Assembly: GCF_041956535.1 (NCBI RefSeq)
Contig: NW_027192196.1
Coordinates: forward strand, 390,921-454,920
DNA from: Calcarisporiella thermophila CBS 279.70
Lineage: Eukaryota > Fungi > Calcarisporiellomycota
Reading direction: 5' to 3'
DNA length: 64,000 bases
In this document: in pieces, positions 41,308-55,658 of the stretch
Layout of the letters: each line of letters begins with the position of its first letter
How positions within the stretch are numbered: the stretch's first letter is position 1
Position numbers and translations under genes: made by a program
Notes under the pieces: model-generated
What the model was told of the DNA's origin: nothing
The model's input: only the letters and a program-made list of their open reading frames with translations
Database searches by the model: none

Positions 41308-41738
41308 TATTTTGGGGGTGTAAGAATAAGAAAAAAATAAAAACGCTTTAAAAATACAGATAAGCGTTGATATAAATTATCAGGCCACAACACATACAAT
41401 CTGATTAAAATTCTATCAGATTATTTATTGCTGATATCTTTCTTAAACAATTTCGTCATCGTACGAATCATTGTCCAAGCTGATAAGAATTCTTGGGATA
41501 TCTTTAAACCGAAGGTTGCTTTAGAAACTCTTTTAAGGAGAGTGTCTACTCTTTTCTAAAAGAAGTTCTCTAACAAACCGTTTTTTTTTTTTCGTCTATT
41601 TAGTCGGAAAAATTTACGATGGATGAAAATGAATAGAATGATAAAAAGCGATTTCTGTACAATAAGGAAGCAAATATAAAGGTTCATAGCATATACAATA
41701 AATTACAGAGTTAGAAAAGCTCAAACAAGCATATACAA

Positions 41739-42501
41739 TCATTTCAACTTAAACTCTAGCGGTTCAACTTGTCTCGCGTTCAACTTTTTTCGACAAACAG
41801 GGCACTGCTTAGAGATTCGGATAGCCGTACGGATGCAAGCTTCGCAAAAAAGATGCCCGCACACGGTGGCAGTCGTATTGGTTGGAGTCTCAAGACAAAC
41901 AGTGCACTGCACCCGAAGTAATCCCGGAGCGTTTGCAGGTAAAGCATCTTCTGAATTTTGTTCAGGATTAAGAAGACCGGAATCATTTGCAATGCGAGCC
42001 GATGCCTGAGAGGCAGAAGGTTCGGATTCTGCGTTCGATTGGCGGGTGAAATCAACTTCAGGAATATTGTCGTCCTCTCGATTCTCAGGGGAAGCACTGT
42101 GGTTAATTATTTCGCGGTTTGTATCTGAAAGGCGATGAGGCGAGAATGGCGTGTAAATTCTGAAACCCCTTCTTCCTCTTCTGCGTGGTGTAAAATAGCG
42201 CGGAGGTAAGGCATCTGTACTACTTTCATCACTACTACTACCAATTGTTATAATCTCGGGAGAACGAGATCCATTAGTAATACCAGTGTTAGAGTCCGGA
42301 GCTTGATCAGCCAGTGATTGAGATTCTTCTTCATAGGGGTTCCTATCTCCTAATAATGTGATCACAAAATTAAGGCATTGTTTATGAATGGGTAGGTTGA
42401 TATTAAATAAAAAGGTGGGAAATTTTACTTGATCGAAGATGATATCTTTCTCCCTCTCTCAATTCTGCATTTCGTCGTGTTCTCCTCTTTCTCTTGGCCA
42501 T
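41739..42501 (-). CDS. C3HC4 RING E3 ligase with SIM-like motif (RNF4/Slx8/Rfp-type STUbL candidate)
   Basis: C-terminal CTVCLE..TVCGHLFCEACI..CPVCRKK; EIITIGSSSDES SIM-like motif; basic first exon MAKRKRRTRR. Confidence 0.8.
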
Positions 42502-43182
42502 AGCGAGTTCTCAGCGATATATAAAAGAATAGGAAGAAATTATGTGACTGCCTACCACTCTACACTCTAATAAATCCGCAAATGATTTGGGCCAATAGCC
42601 TAAATTGGAGTTAAAATGCTCAATAAAATAGAAGTCTTTGGAAAATGCTCATATTCTAGCGCAGAGAATGGAATCTGGTACAGCTCGTGGGCGAAAAAGT
42701 TGACGATGCTGCGACCGAGAGTGTGGTCGCAGCAGCGTCTCTAGCTGCTACAACCCCCAGTAGGAGACTCTCTGCCTCGATGGCATATCCATTGCGGGCA
42801 AACGTCTTCACCAGCTCTAAAGACCTCCGCTTTGGCTGCCTCTCCCTTAACACAATGCCATCCCCGCCTACTTCCTTCGCCACCGCGGCAGCCTCTCCTA
42901 CGAGACCCGATTTTACCAAAATTTTGGAGACTGCTTCGCTGCATTGATGGAGCTATTGAGATGGATTGGAGTAGGATATTCTAAAATAAGAAAAGCAATT
43001 TAAAAATTAACAAAATTAAATGATTCATAAAAGGAGATTCAATTCGGATTTTCGCGTTAATTTCGGGGCGGAGTCGCTTAATATAACGCTTGATATTGGA
43101 TCTTCAAATAAGCTCTAGGAGCTGTTCCCATCTTTGATACCATCTCTAAACTATACCTTTCCTTTTACCGATTATATGGAGA

Positions 43183-46100
43183 ATGTGGGACACTAAGAGT
43201 GATACCCCTCTTCCATTGGAACAGTCGAGTCCATCTTCTCCCATTGAAACTGAGGTAAACTCTGATACAAGAATACCTGTTGAGCCTGATGTAAGCCCAG
43301 TAAATTTCATTTCTTTAAAAAGAAAACACGTCAGTACATTTGTTTTGCAAATATAGAATCCCATTACAGAACATACACCAGATTTCATTCGATTCCCTTT
43401 GAGCTTCGCTAATCCCCTTCATTCCGCACATACTCAAAGCGCTGGTCCTTCAGTCATAGATGATGACCTGCTAAAATTGTTTGATAATCCAGCGCGTCCT
43501 GTTCGCATTGACCAGTTTTTCCGAAGACGGAGGCAGCTTCACCAGACCTTAAAAAAGAAAAATTCGGTGAGGCAGCGCCGGCCATCGCATCTGCCGGAAG
43601 TAGCGGTTAGGGAAATAGACGAGCGTGTGGTGTTTATGCTGCCTCAAGATGCAGGGCTCTTTGACGAAATATTAGCTTACAAAAGAGACAACCCTAATGC
43701 TCTTTTATGGTACTTTGCTCTTTTTAATGATATTTCAATACCATTTAAGCTCTATTACTTCAATTAGGGATGCAATGGACAAGTTTGCGCATCGGCCTCC
43801 ATCTGACGCTTTCATACGTATTATCTACCTCCCCGACAATCGTTGTGATTTTGTGCTTACATACCTGGCAAATGAAGCGGAGAAATCTGCCGAGCATCAG
43901 AAGCGGCGTCGGGAGTTCGAGTTGGAACTTCTTCGCGCCGGCCTTTTAATTGAACGTGAAGAAGGAGTCGATCACGATTTTGTATTTGTGAAATTGACGG
44001 CGCCCTTCGAACGTCTATGCAGAGAGGCTCAAAACATGAAACTAAAAATGAACTTGAAAAAGCCGAAATTGCATCCTCACATTCCCTCTTCTTTATTTGT
44101 GAGAATGCTACCCCAGTTTTTCAAAGATTTAATCGGGGAGAGTGAAGATACAGAGAAACAAGCGGCCACCTTCCGCGCCGATAAGCTACAGGAGTTTGAA
44201 GGAGCAGACGAAACCGTATGTTGGAGCCAAATTGTTACCAGGTTCTTTTCAACGGCTAGGCGTTCGCTCATGGTAGGCGAGAAAAAAGGTTTACTTGTTA
44301 CTACAATTACGTGCCAATATAAACTCTACAATTAGGTCTATAACATCATTATTCACGTCGGTTCGAACATCAATCTTCATAACGCTGAAAATGTCACCAA
44401 TTCCTCTCGTAATTCTGCAATTTTTCTTAAAGCCTCTATTTTTTCTTAGCCTTCAACTTATTGTTTTATAGAAATCAAACAACTTCTTAAGCAAGGAGTT
44501 TATCAGCAGCTATATCCAATCCACGACGGTCCACATCGATTGAAAAATGCTACAACAGATTCGACGAATTTGAGAGCATGGCTCTTCACGAACTGGGCAT
44601 TGCGATTTGAGCGTATCTTTGGACCAGAACCATACGATACAAGTATGTAGTTTCTTAAATCAAGCTCGAGTGGAGGATAGTGATGAATTTCTTGTTAGTT
44701 CGAGAATATTTCGGCGAAAAAATCGGCCTCTATTTTGCCTGGTTGGGCTTTTATACGAGCTGGCTTTGGATTGCTTCTGTCATTGGTTTGATATCGTTCA
44801 TAGGAGGCATCCTAATAACAGAAGTGTAAAATATCATTTCCTTACATTGGTTATTATGACTTTCGGCTTATTCACTTCCTTTTTATATAGCAACTCAAGT
44901 TCTCAGTTGATTGCATTCCGAGCTTTTCATTTTGATAATCCGTTTACAGCTCCTTATGCTATATTCATGTCTATTTGGAGTAAATTTGTTTATTTCTATT
45001 TTTGTGCCAAATGCCCGAATATTTATAAGCTCTCATATAATTGCGGCTAGGTACCTTAATGCTCGAATTCTGGAAGCGTCGGAACAAATATTTAATGTGG
45101 AAATGGGATGTGATGGATTATGAAAAAGAAGAGCAGGTCAGACCAGAGTTCTATGGAACAGGTTGTAAAATGCGAAAATAAATAAGTGGATTTCCAAATT
45201 TTTTTAACACGCGCTTTTTCATTAGAAATACGTATCTCTCCCATTACGCACAAACCCGAGCTCCATTATTCTAGAAACAAGAGGATAACCAGACTACTCA
45301 TTTCTTTTTCAATAATTGCGATCTCGGTGAGACAACGCTTTTTGTCCATACCCTTAAATGATTTGTTTTGGAATTCACGCGTGATTATACTAGGTAATTA
45401 TCATCGTTCTGAGTGTGGTGTCGCTACTTCTTTTTTCTGCATGGGTGCGCGTTTCGAATCGGGTGCCCGGTTTTTGGGGTAAGTTTACTCCTGTAACTTT
45501 CCCAACCGATATTGATTTAATCTTAATTCTGAACAGGATCTGTTCTTCCGGCGCTAATGAGCTTAGTCATAATTCTTATCCTTAGCAAGGTACAAGCAAT
45601 TCATTTTTCTCTCCCAAGAAATAATCAGGTTTATTCAAATTCAAATATTATTTAATGTTAGGTATATGATCGTCTTGCTAGGTGGTTAACGAATTATGAG
45701 AACCATCCAACTGTCACTGCCTATGAGGATGCACTTATTTGGAAGGTGATTGGTGCTCTTTAAATAAAATACTAATTCGATACTAATCCTATATATAGCG
45801 CTATTCTTTTGACTTTGTGAATTATTATGGTACACTTTTCTACATCCTCATTTTCAAGCAATGGGTAATGCGTAGCACTTTGTTTCATTTTATTCCATAC
45901 ATTCTAATCCCAATTTTATGTGGTATAGATCAGTAATTTTGGTATCTTTGGGAGAAAAATTGTCGACTCGGATGAATTACACCCAAGTATGTATGAACTT
46001 ACGGTTCAGTTGGCTATTGTCTTCATGGGTAAGCAATTTGTCACGCAAGCGGTGGAGTGGATAATGCCTTGGCTTCTGAGCCTCTGGAACCGTAAGAAGG

Positions 46101-47064
46101 CGGAAACAGAAGCGCTGCTTCTACAGCGGAAGTACCAGGAATCAAAGAGAAAATTAAAAAAACCTCCACAATACGCACAAGATGCGAAAAAACCTGCCTA
46201 CGATACAACTATGTTCCAAGAGCACCTAAAGGTGGTAATACAGGTAAAAAATAAAACACATATTTTCTGTGTACCACATGATGGTTAAATAAGTTTTTTA
46301 AATGCAAGTTCGGTTTTATTATGCTCTTCACGGCAGCCTTCCCCCTTTCTCCTCTATTTGCTCTAATTAATAATCAAATCGAAATGCGCCTTGATGCCAA
46401 TAAGTTGCTACTGAATTACCAACGTCCTGTTCCTTTTCGTGCCCAAGATATCGGTAATGAATCTATATCTAGTCAACTTGTGATTAGGAATAGCATCATT
46501 AATTTTTATCCCACTGATTAGGTATGTGGGAAACCATACTTAATGGGATAAATATGTTGAGCGTTTTGACCAATGCGGTGACTATTGCGTTTTTCTCTGA
46601 GAGTATGAAGAGGCAGCTTGAGATCTGGTTCCCTGGAAATTTGTTGTCGGCCCAACTTGGATTTATACTAGTCTATGAGGTAATCTTAAGGGCATTGTAC
46701 TAGTTTCGTTTGTCGTCCAACTTAACATGTTATTCTATTGTAGCATTTCGTGTTCCTTGTTAAGTTCCTCTTGATTTATATCGTGCCAGATGTTCCTACC
46801 ACAGTTAAAATATCCATTGACCGCGAGAACTATCTAGCTAGTTTGGCGCTCGAGGATTCTATAGAAGAGGATTTTCCCGAAGATGACCAAGTTGCATTAT
46901 CATTATTAACTCCAGAAGCTAAAGCACAGCAAGACAATCTTAAGCTTGACCAGAAGCTAGTATCAGGAATAACTAATATGGATACTCAAGCAATGCTTTT
47001 GAAAAGTAAGGACGCATATGTCGATGACGGAAGCGTGGAGGACAGAAGAAAGACCTCTTTATAA
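43183..47064 (+). CDS. Anoctamin/TMEM16 scramblase-channel (many exons)
   Basis: [15 protein letters not shown]; YPIHDG; [18 protein letters not shown]; LEFWKR; LTNYENH; [15 protein letters not shown]; [26 protein letters not shown]; IVPDVP. Confidence 0.93.
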
Positions 47065-47580
47065 AAAGTTTTGCACTCAATTTTATACTCTCAAACTACC
47101 TACTACAAATACTGAATGAATATATTCCTTTAATATTTATACTTAATGTATGCATTTTAATATACAAGCTTGACTACCTTTTTAAGCGGCTTAATGTTCA
47201 AATCAATCCATAACAACTGCGGCATAACACGATTTTAAAACAATTCATTTTATTGATACGAATCGGACCCTTAATAACACCTTCGATATGATTAAGCTAG
47301 CCTTGTTCGTTAATGGCTATCAGCTAGTTTGGGAATTTCCGCGGATAAGCAAGCGAAACACTTTTCGAGGCTATTACATTCTAGATGATCAGTTATGTTT
47401 ATTTAGTATCCTTTTTTTGTAGTTAGAGAGTCACCTCATTTGCAAAATTATACTATGAGAAATCAATCCTTTTGCCACCTGGCTTGGTCGAATGCGCCAC
47501 TTTCTTGTCTGTCAAAGTTTGTACTAGTGTGCTTGTATTTTTATGTTTATTGTCCACTTGCTACTGCAAACAGAGGCTCA

Positions 47581-49798
47581 ATGACAGTCCATTCCGTTGG
47601 CAGACCGTGAGATCTATTTAATTAGTATTATTTTATATTTGATACTTATATTGTTTGTTTTCGCAACTGCTTATAGACCATGGTACAGGTACAATTCATT
47701 AAACCTTTCAAAGGAATAATTGAATCCTTCACTCTTTTTTTTTTCATTCCCTTTCAGGAGCGATGGTGTAAATTGTGAAAGCTACGTAGTGGGTATTGCT
47801 GGTGGAAGCGCAAGTGGAAAAACTAGTGTATCTGAGTAAGACCTTTTTTGATTCCGCGAATGCGTGCTCAAGTCTATTTACCCATTTTTATATCTTTTAT
47901 TTTGCATTCTGACAGGCGCATTATAAAGAATCTGAACATCCCATGGGTGGCCATTTTGAGTATGGATTCCTTCTATAAATCTCTAACTCCAGAGCAGATC
48001 AAAAAAGCATGGGCGAAGTAAGTAGTTTGCACTTGTTCTGACCTCACTTATAGTTAAAATAATGTAAACATTTTCTCATTGCTAGTGAGCACGATTTCGA
48101 TCACCCCTCGTCATTCGATTATGATATTCTGTATGAAACGCTCGTGAAACTAAAACAGGGGTTTGGAATCCTATTTTTTACTCTTCTAACTTTCTATACT
48201 GATGGCATCTAAAATAGAAAAAGTGTTGATGTCCCCATTTATGACTTTTCGACACATTCGAGGTATTCAAGTTGATATAGCTATTATTGTAGAATTTTTC
48301 ATAACTATCCATTTAATATTTTCCCCCTTCTAGACTCGATAAAACCAAGACGCTCTATGGGGCGAATGTTGTAATTTTTGAAGGAATCTTTGCTCTCTAC
48401 GATCAAAGAATTATTGACTTAATGGATCTAAAAGTATTCTAAGGATTTACTGATTATTTATTGATGGGAACCTCACTTTCGGAATATTTCAATCTAGATA
48501 TTCGTGGATACGGATGCGGATGTTCGGCTTGCAAGGCGCCGTAAGTGTTTTTATCGCCTATTCATCAGTTGGTTTCACTAAGGCTTTTTATGCTTTTTAA
48601 GTCAAACGCGACATATCAGAACGAGGTCGTGATCTACACGGCGTTCTTAGGGTAGAATGTTTTCCGAGTACTTGTATTGTATTCGTGTTTCCTAATATTT
48701 TGTTTTATTAGCAATACGAGAAATATGTCAAGCCGGCCTTTGATGAATATATTTATCCAACTATGAAGTATGCCGACATCGTAAGTCTTGTCTATCATTG
48801 TTCTCTATTTCCGATTTTGTATACTACATATTTGTTTAGATCATTCCACGTGGTCTGGAGAATGCCGTGGCAATAAACCTTATCACTAAGCATATCCAAC
48901 GTGCACTTCATGAGCGGAATTTGACCTTCCGTTGGGATCTTGTCAAGACTCCATGCGACAAGCCTGTTCCCGATGGAGCAGTTGTGCTTGAACCGACCAA
49001 TCAAGTGCGTGGTATGCATACTATCCTTCGTGATCGAAGGACTCCACGGGACGAGTTCATCTTTTACTCAGAGCGCTTGTCCACGCTTGTCGTGGAGCGT
49101 GCGCTTGCACAACTCCCTTTTTCAGAACGCAAAGTTATCACTCCAACCGGAGCGTTGTATCGGGGCAAGGAGTTTGCGAGTAAAGTGTGTGGAGTGTCGA
49201 TCCTACGTGCAGGTGGCACCATGGAGGCAGGACTGCGACGAGTGATCAAGGATGCTCCCATTGGCAAAATCTTGATTCAGACGGATCCATCTTCGGGAGA
49301 ACCACAGTTACACTTCTGCAAGCTACCGCATGATATTGCTGAGAACTATGTCCTTATAATGGTATATAGTCTATTTCAGACCGCTTTGTTTATACTGGAG
49401 ATTGATGATATTCGAATTACTTAGGATGCGACTATCGGGACGGGCGCTGCCGGTTTGATGGCAATCCGTGTTATTTTGGACCATGATGTGCCCGAAGATC
49501 GTATTATTTTTTTGTGTTTACTTGCAGCACCTCAAGGTATCCTCAAAATATGCTCTAATAATATATTGAAGAATGTTAATCCATACTATGAAATTAGGCC
49601 TGCATGTTATTGCAAATGCATTCCCGAGAGTGAAGATCTGCTGCTCTATGGTTGACGAGAAAGTGGACGAAAACACATTATTCATTGAGCCAGGAATTGG
49701 TAATTTTGGAGGTAAGCAACTTCAACTTATATTATTTTTTGCGTTGAGTGCCTCATGACCGATATGCTACAGATCGATTCTTTGGTACGGACGATTGA
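47581..49798 (+). CDS. URK1: Uridine kinase with C-terminal UPRTase-like domain
   Basis: GRPPWY; GIAGGSASGKT (P-loop); DFDHP; RDISERGRD; SILRAGGTME; IGKILIQ; PGIGNFG|DRFFGT. Includes a 12-nt micro-exon near 47677-47688. The start could lie further upstream (about 47455). Confidence 0.93.
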
Positions 49799-50618
49799 TA
49801 TTCTCATGAACACTTTTATTTTTAAATTGATAATCACTGCTTTTAACCCAAATAAAACAAAACCAAAGTATTTAAGTCATTCCAAATACCGGTCAAGCTC
49901 AAAGAGGTGACAAATTTACAGGAAAACCGGCAAAATCTAGACAATAAATGAACGCAATTTCAGTATGGCGCTCTTACATTCAAGAGTCATATTGGGATTA
50001 ACTGAGAAAGGCTAGGCAAACTTTATTACGACACTCGAGCGTGCTCTTGGTGTTAATATTGAAATAAAGGTTACCCAATAAACATGACATCTTGACATCG
50101 AGACTTTAACTATCTGAAGCTTAACTGTCGCTTATCCTCAATCGGCAACATGTCATGTTCCCTAACTGATTAAGAAAATGTCATCTACTATATTTAGATT
50201 TGTTACGTCAGTCTGGCAGTTGTTCATGCATGGAGCTAGCCTCAATGAACATTGAAAATTATTCTCCTAAGAACTTGATCAACATCAACGGCAAAATGGA
50301 GAAAAATAATGACAAGTGGGTCGAGCACCCGCAAAGGAAATATGCGCTCCCCTTCTTAGTACTGTTTTAGCTGAAAATGAATGTTAGTCTAAGGCTTTCT
50401 TAGGGATTTATATTTGCATGGGGAAGTGACTACTTTTTTTTGGACATGGATTTAATTTTCATACTGGCTTAAGTCTCGCACGGATCACATTTTCTTTGGA
50501 GGTTAACTTGTCAAATCCTTACTCACCTGCAGATTGACTAATTCAGTGCGAATTACTGACGACAGAGGAGAGTGGAACAGCATTTGCTAGTTTTTCCAAA
50601 TACAACTCTAGCGGGAAG

Positions 50619-53600
50619 ATGACTCAGGATGACGATCGACCTCCTCCACCCAAAATTTATAGTCTTTGGGTGCATGATGACCGTATGTCTCGCCAGGAGC
50701 TTATAATTAACCCTGACCATTTTCCAGACGTTCAAGAGGGCCAACTCCTACAGATCAAACAACCAAATTCAGATAAACCACCTTTAGTATTGCAGCTCGC
50801 GGCTATAGACCGCGAATTCAGTGCTAAACAACCTCAGCTCAGAGTATGTAGATTGGAAAAGGATAACGTGTGACCATTAGCTAATTTCATCAATCAGCTA
50901 TCCATCAATAGTCGCGTCGCAAACCTTTTTGGGTTAACAAATCGTTGCGATGTGCTTGTACAGACGGTCAGTTGCCCATAAATGCTTGCCTAGCACGTTG
51001 ATGTTAATTCTTCTCTATAGGTCTCGCCTACTTCAGTGGAGGTGGACTATGTTGAGCTGACTTTTCGTGACGCTTACTTAAGCCGTTCAGATATGTGGCG
51101 ATTGAAGGATAATCTAATAGGGTCTTGTGTATTTGTTGGTCAGAAGGTGAACTTTTGGGGCTGTATTACTGTAAAAGTGAAAGAATTATATATTCAGGAC
51201 GAGTCGGTAAGCACCCACAGTTTCATCGAATTTGTTCAATACAGCCTGAGAAATACCATATACTTATTAGGTGTCTTGTGGATATATCACATCCAAAACG
51301 CGGGCGATTTTTCGGTCTGAGTCTTCACGAAGTTATTTATTTATCCAAATGTCCCGCGAGATGTGGGAGTTTGATGAAGATGGAGGTAATCTCTTTTCTT
51401 TTTCCATTCCAACCAAATCTAGCTACATCTTATGCCCTATACTCTAATCAAAGAATTGCTTTTCGAGAAAACTCTCTACGGATTCCTTCCTCAGCTATTC
51501 GAAAAATGGAGAGAACTCAATATGAATCACATTATCACTATCATCATGTTCACACGCGTTTTCTACGAAGAAGAGGACGTCCAAAATTTCCAGGATCTCT
51601 CAGCCTTGAACCGCAATGAAGATGGAAAATGGTTCAAAGATTTTTATAAGGTGATAGTGGACCGCGAGACGCGACTCGAATGGAATAACGTCATCTTATC
51701 GTTAAAGGAGGAGTTTCTGCAGTTTTCCCGCCACGTCCTGCTGCGTGAAGAGGGAGGCCGTGTAGTATTAAAGGGAAATATCTCTAAGGCGTATCAAGGA
51801 AATGTGCTTGAGTGCGCGAATCTAGCATTGAATCCGTTCGACAAACACTATATAGACCGCGACCTCTTGCGCACCGGCATGTCCGTTGTGATTATTTCGC
51901 CAGGAACGGGAAAGTTCCATGTAAGCAAGAAACTTCTTCGACTCACTACCGAGCGCATGATAGATAATGGGATCCCAATGGACCTGATATGTCTCTCGAA
52001 ATTTCCTTTGCACTCGGTTCCGTTGTTCACATTCACTTCGATACAACCACCCAAAGATCCTGAACCCTCCGATGCTTCCGAGCAAAATCAACCGCGAACT
52101 TCCGTTAGTACCGGGATCACACCCGCAAAACCGCCACGCCCAGGTGAGCCCATGTCACCTCCTGCACCGCTCGCTCAACAATGGGATCCACTCTACTCGG
52201 ACGATTCTAATAATGAAAAGGAAAAACGCCCCTATTTCTCGGTACCACATTGGATCGACTGCAGCTATTACTCGGATTTCGATAAGAAATTTATCAAGGC
52301 CGAAAAATTTCAAACAAGGTGCATGATGTATGAGGTTCAAATGATGGGAATCATGGAACATGAGATTTGCCCGATATCCATCCCGTGGATGGACGAGGAA
52401 CGTTTCAAAGAGGACGACATGTGTGACCGATATGATGACGACATATTCACCACTTCACGTTCGAAAAAGCACCCGCGTCTGCGTACGAAATCTTCAGGGC
52501 TACGCAGTCTATGTTCAGAAAATCAGAGTAACATTTCTGAGCATTTACGGGGAAATCATCGATCAAGCAATGCTACGTCCGTAGCATTCCACCGCCGAAG
52601 TCAGGATGACCTCGTTGAAGCAGATTTGTCATATAAGAACACTCAAACATCGTTACTCTCCCGCAGTTTGCCAAAGAAAATCACTTTGCCTGTGACAAAC
52701 ACTGAACGTGAAGTCGAATACACCCAAGCTTACAATGGTTTGGAGGACCGGGCTGGCATTGGCGAGTCTACTGAGCGGTTCAAAGCATGGAATTCCAGTA
52801 CCGATAACCATAATAAACAACCCCTCGTTGGATCACTAGGGGACCCGCACTCGTCTGGTTTTGAGGACCGAATTCATCGGGCCCGTGCAAATGAGCAACG
52901 GGACGCGGTAGACGAGGATGCTGACATAGAACAATGGGCCATGGACGGCGAGACAGGTGGCGAGAGCCGTAACTCGAATGCAGACGATGAGACTTGGGCC
53001 TCGCCTGTGCGCTCTCTGACAAAGGCACAGCCAATCGCCATCCGGCCTACGCAGCCGTCTCGTCGATATAATCGAGAGCACACCACTCCCGTCATCGGAA
53101 GTATGGCTGAGTCATCTTTTCATTCCTTTTCGGCTGAAAAATCCCGCCGCATGACAAGACAATCACCTGCACGCATTTTTATGAGTCGTCAACTTGCGAA
53201 GCAAACTTTTGTAAATCCATGTAACCCGTCCAAAAATCCACCCCTCATGACGCAAGATATAGCGCGGTGGCGTCACGTATACCCTCGAATGGTCTCGACA
53301 ATGGAATTGCAGCGGCGAATAGATTGGACTTCCCTATGCATGCCAGCATGTCTACCGCTCACCACTGAATACTTCCCAACACAGGAGGAGCTTTCCACGC
53401 AATTTCGCGAATATACCTATACAATCTCACCGAGTGATGAAGGCACGATATACACCGATTACATGAGCCACCAAAGGAAAATAGAGTACCTGTTGAAAGA
53501 ATTAGTCGGACAGCGACTCTCGCAGGGGTTTCAGTTGATCGTACCAGGTGCCAACCCAGTACCCCTTCAACGCACCTATACTGGGTCCATCCCCACGGAT

Positions 53601-55658
53601 AACAAAGAACGTACTAGTGTGCAAAACAATAACCAAAGCAATAACAAGAAATTGAGTGAACTCAATCGAACAACAATGCGTTCGGAACAAAATGATGCGC
53701 TCACTACTTTCTCCGTGTCGAAACCATTTTATCTTAGCTTGGGTCAACACGTTCATATGCTCTATTACGACACGGTGAGTCAAAACCTCGAGTTCAAGCG
53801 TTATGTACGCCGAATTAGCTATTCAACCGATCCGATCGATTATTCATATGCAGTCTGGCCTAAGGATTACACTTCATACACGACGCGTGACGCACGGTTC
53901 CACTATCCTGAGCTCAAAACCTATAACTGGAACTATCTAGATCACTTTGTGTGTGGGTACCAGGACGAAATGATATCTTCATTGCGATACTGGCGGATCC
54001 GATTTCTAGTCATTCCAATGGAGACGCTGCCTGTACTGAATCACCCGGCGAATGAATACCTTGACGAGGAAGAAATCCGTGTTGAAAGTTTCCGTCGAAT
54101 GCTTGATCTTTTCAGAAAGGCAAAGTTCGTTCCACCGCAGGAAGAGAAAGAACGGCGCCGAAAACAAAAGGAAACGAACTTAAACCTGGGGGTGTCATTC
54201 ACGACTATGAGAAGTGCCGCGCACGTGGCGAAGGAGCTCGGAAAAGATTTTCAAGATAGAGAATCTCGGCTCTCAATCTCGAGCAATCCCGAGCGATTGA
54301 ATCAAGATACTAAACTAGAACGGATTGCGCAGGCTATGCAAAGCAGTACAGGGGTGAAAATACAGGATCGATGGTGGCATTTACGGCTTTTTGAAGCGGT
54401 GTTCATTGGAACTGAATTCGTGGACTGGCTGATTCGCGAATTCACGGACATCGATACTCGCGAGGAGGCAATCTTTTTCGGAAATCAGTTGATGGAACGC
54501 GGTTTGTTTGTGCATGCGCGCGGTCACCATACCTTTTTGGATGGACATTACTTTTATCAACTGAAACCGGAATATATGCAACTGCCAAAGACCGGCACAA
54601 CTGGACCACTCTCGTCAGCGGGAAAGGCATCTTGGTTCCGACCTGGAAGCAATCACCAATCGAAACCCGACTCGCCAGCGGGAACGTTCCCAACTCCATC
54701 ACCGTCTACTGATGCAAACATAAACGAAACTTCACCTCCTGATCAGCCTTCCACTTTTCAGATGAGTCGTGCTATGTTGATCGATGTTGATACGCATCAC
54801 AAAAGCGATCGCTCAGAGACCGTTAAGCTCCATTACGATACGCTTATTAACGTACGGCAATGCTACCATTTTCATCTTGCCTGGATAGGTGTAACTTCGC
54901 GATTGATCGAAGAATTGTTGCAGTCATGGACGCGCACGTTAGATAAATGTGGACTTAGACTTGTTGAAGCTCCATTTGAGCAGATACCCGAGGTCTCGGA
55001 CCCGAAATCATCGAACGACCCGTTTGGGCTACCACTTCCAATTCGTTTTGCTGTACCTCCTCCTTCAGTTGAGGAAGTGACATCATGTTGTGAGGGTCGA
55101 AACGTTGTTTTACCTCCGAATTATTTCGAGGGAGAGCTAGCGAAGTCTCTGGAATTTGTACTTGATGTTGAGGCAGATGCAAACTTTCCTTCTGATGTAC
55201 AAATCGAGTACTCATATCATCATCCAAAATTCGAGTATACGCAATATGTCCATTCATCGGGTATAGCTTTCCTACAGATATTGCCGGAGGATAGAGGTGG
55301 CGGTTTCTTGTGGGCCGTTAACCGATTATATGCATCCCACAACAATATTTCTACCTCCACAAGAGGCGCAAATATTCCCACGGCAGCAAGTGTTGTTACT
55401 GGCACTTCGGTTGGCTCCGGTATCGGTGGAACGCGTGAATGGGGTGCCTCAGTGGGCAATACTCCAAGCAACTCTACATCAACTGCCGGATCTACCTCTG
55501 CCTCTGGATGGCAGTTAGATGCGATTCGTATGCGTGTACAGGAGATTTGTGCGGACGAGAAGAGACTGGGTGCCTTCTGGGCAAAATGTCTTGACCGATT
55601 AGCAAACCTACCTACTCCTGCCTTAGATATGGGGGACTTGGCTTTTGCAGACTTTTAG
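50619..55658 (+). CDS. IML1: GATOR1/SEACIT subunit Iml1/DEPDC5
   Basis: YLSRSDMWR; [12 protein letters not shown]; [11 protein letters not shown]; [18 protein letters not shown]; QRLSQGFQ; DEP domain ([18 protein letters not shown]). Confidence 0.96.

Noticed and set aside
49537-49597. Possible U12-type intron in URK1 (GTATCCTC donor)
   Set aside because: The donor deviates from GTATCCTT and there is no TCCTTAAC branch site.
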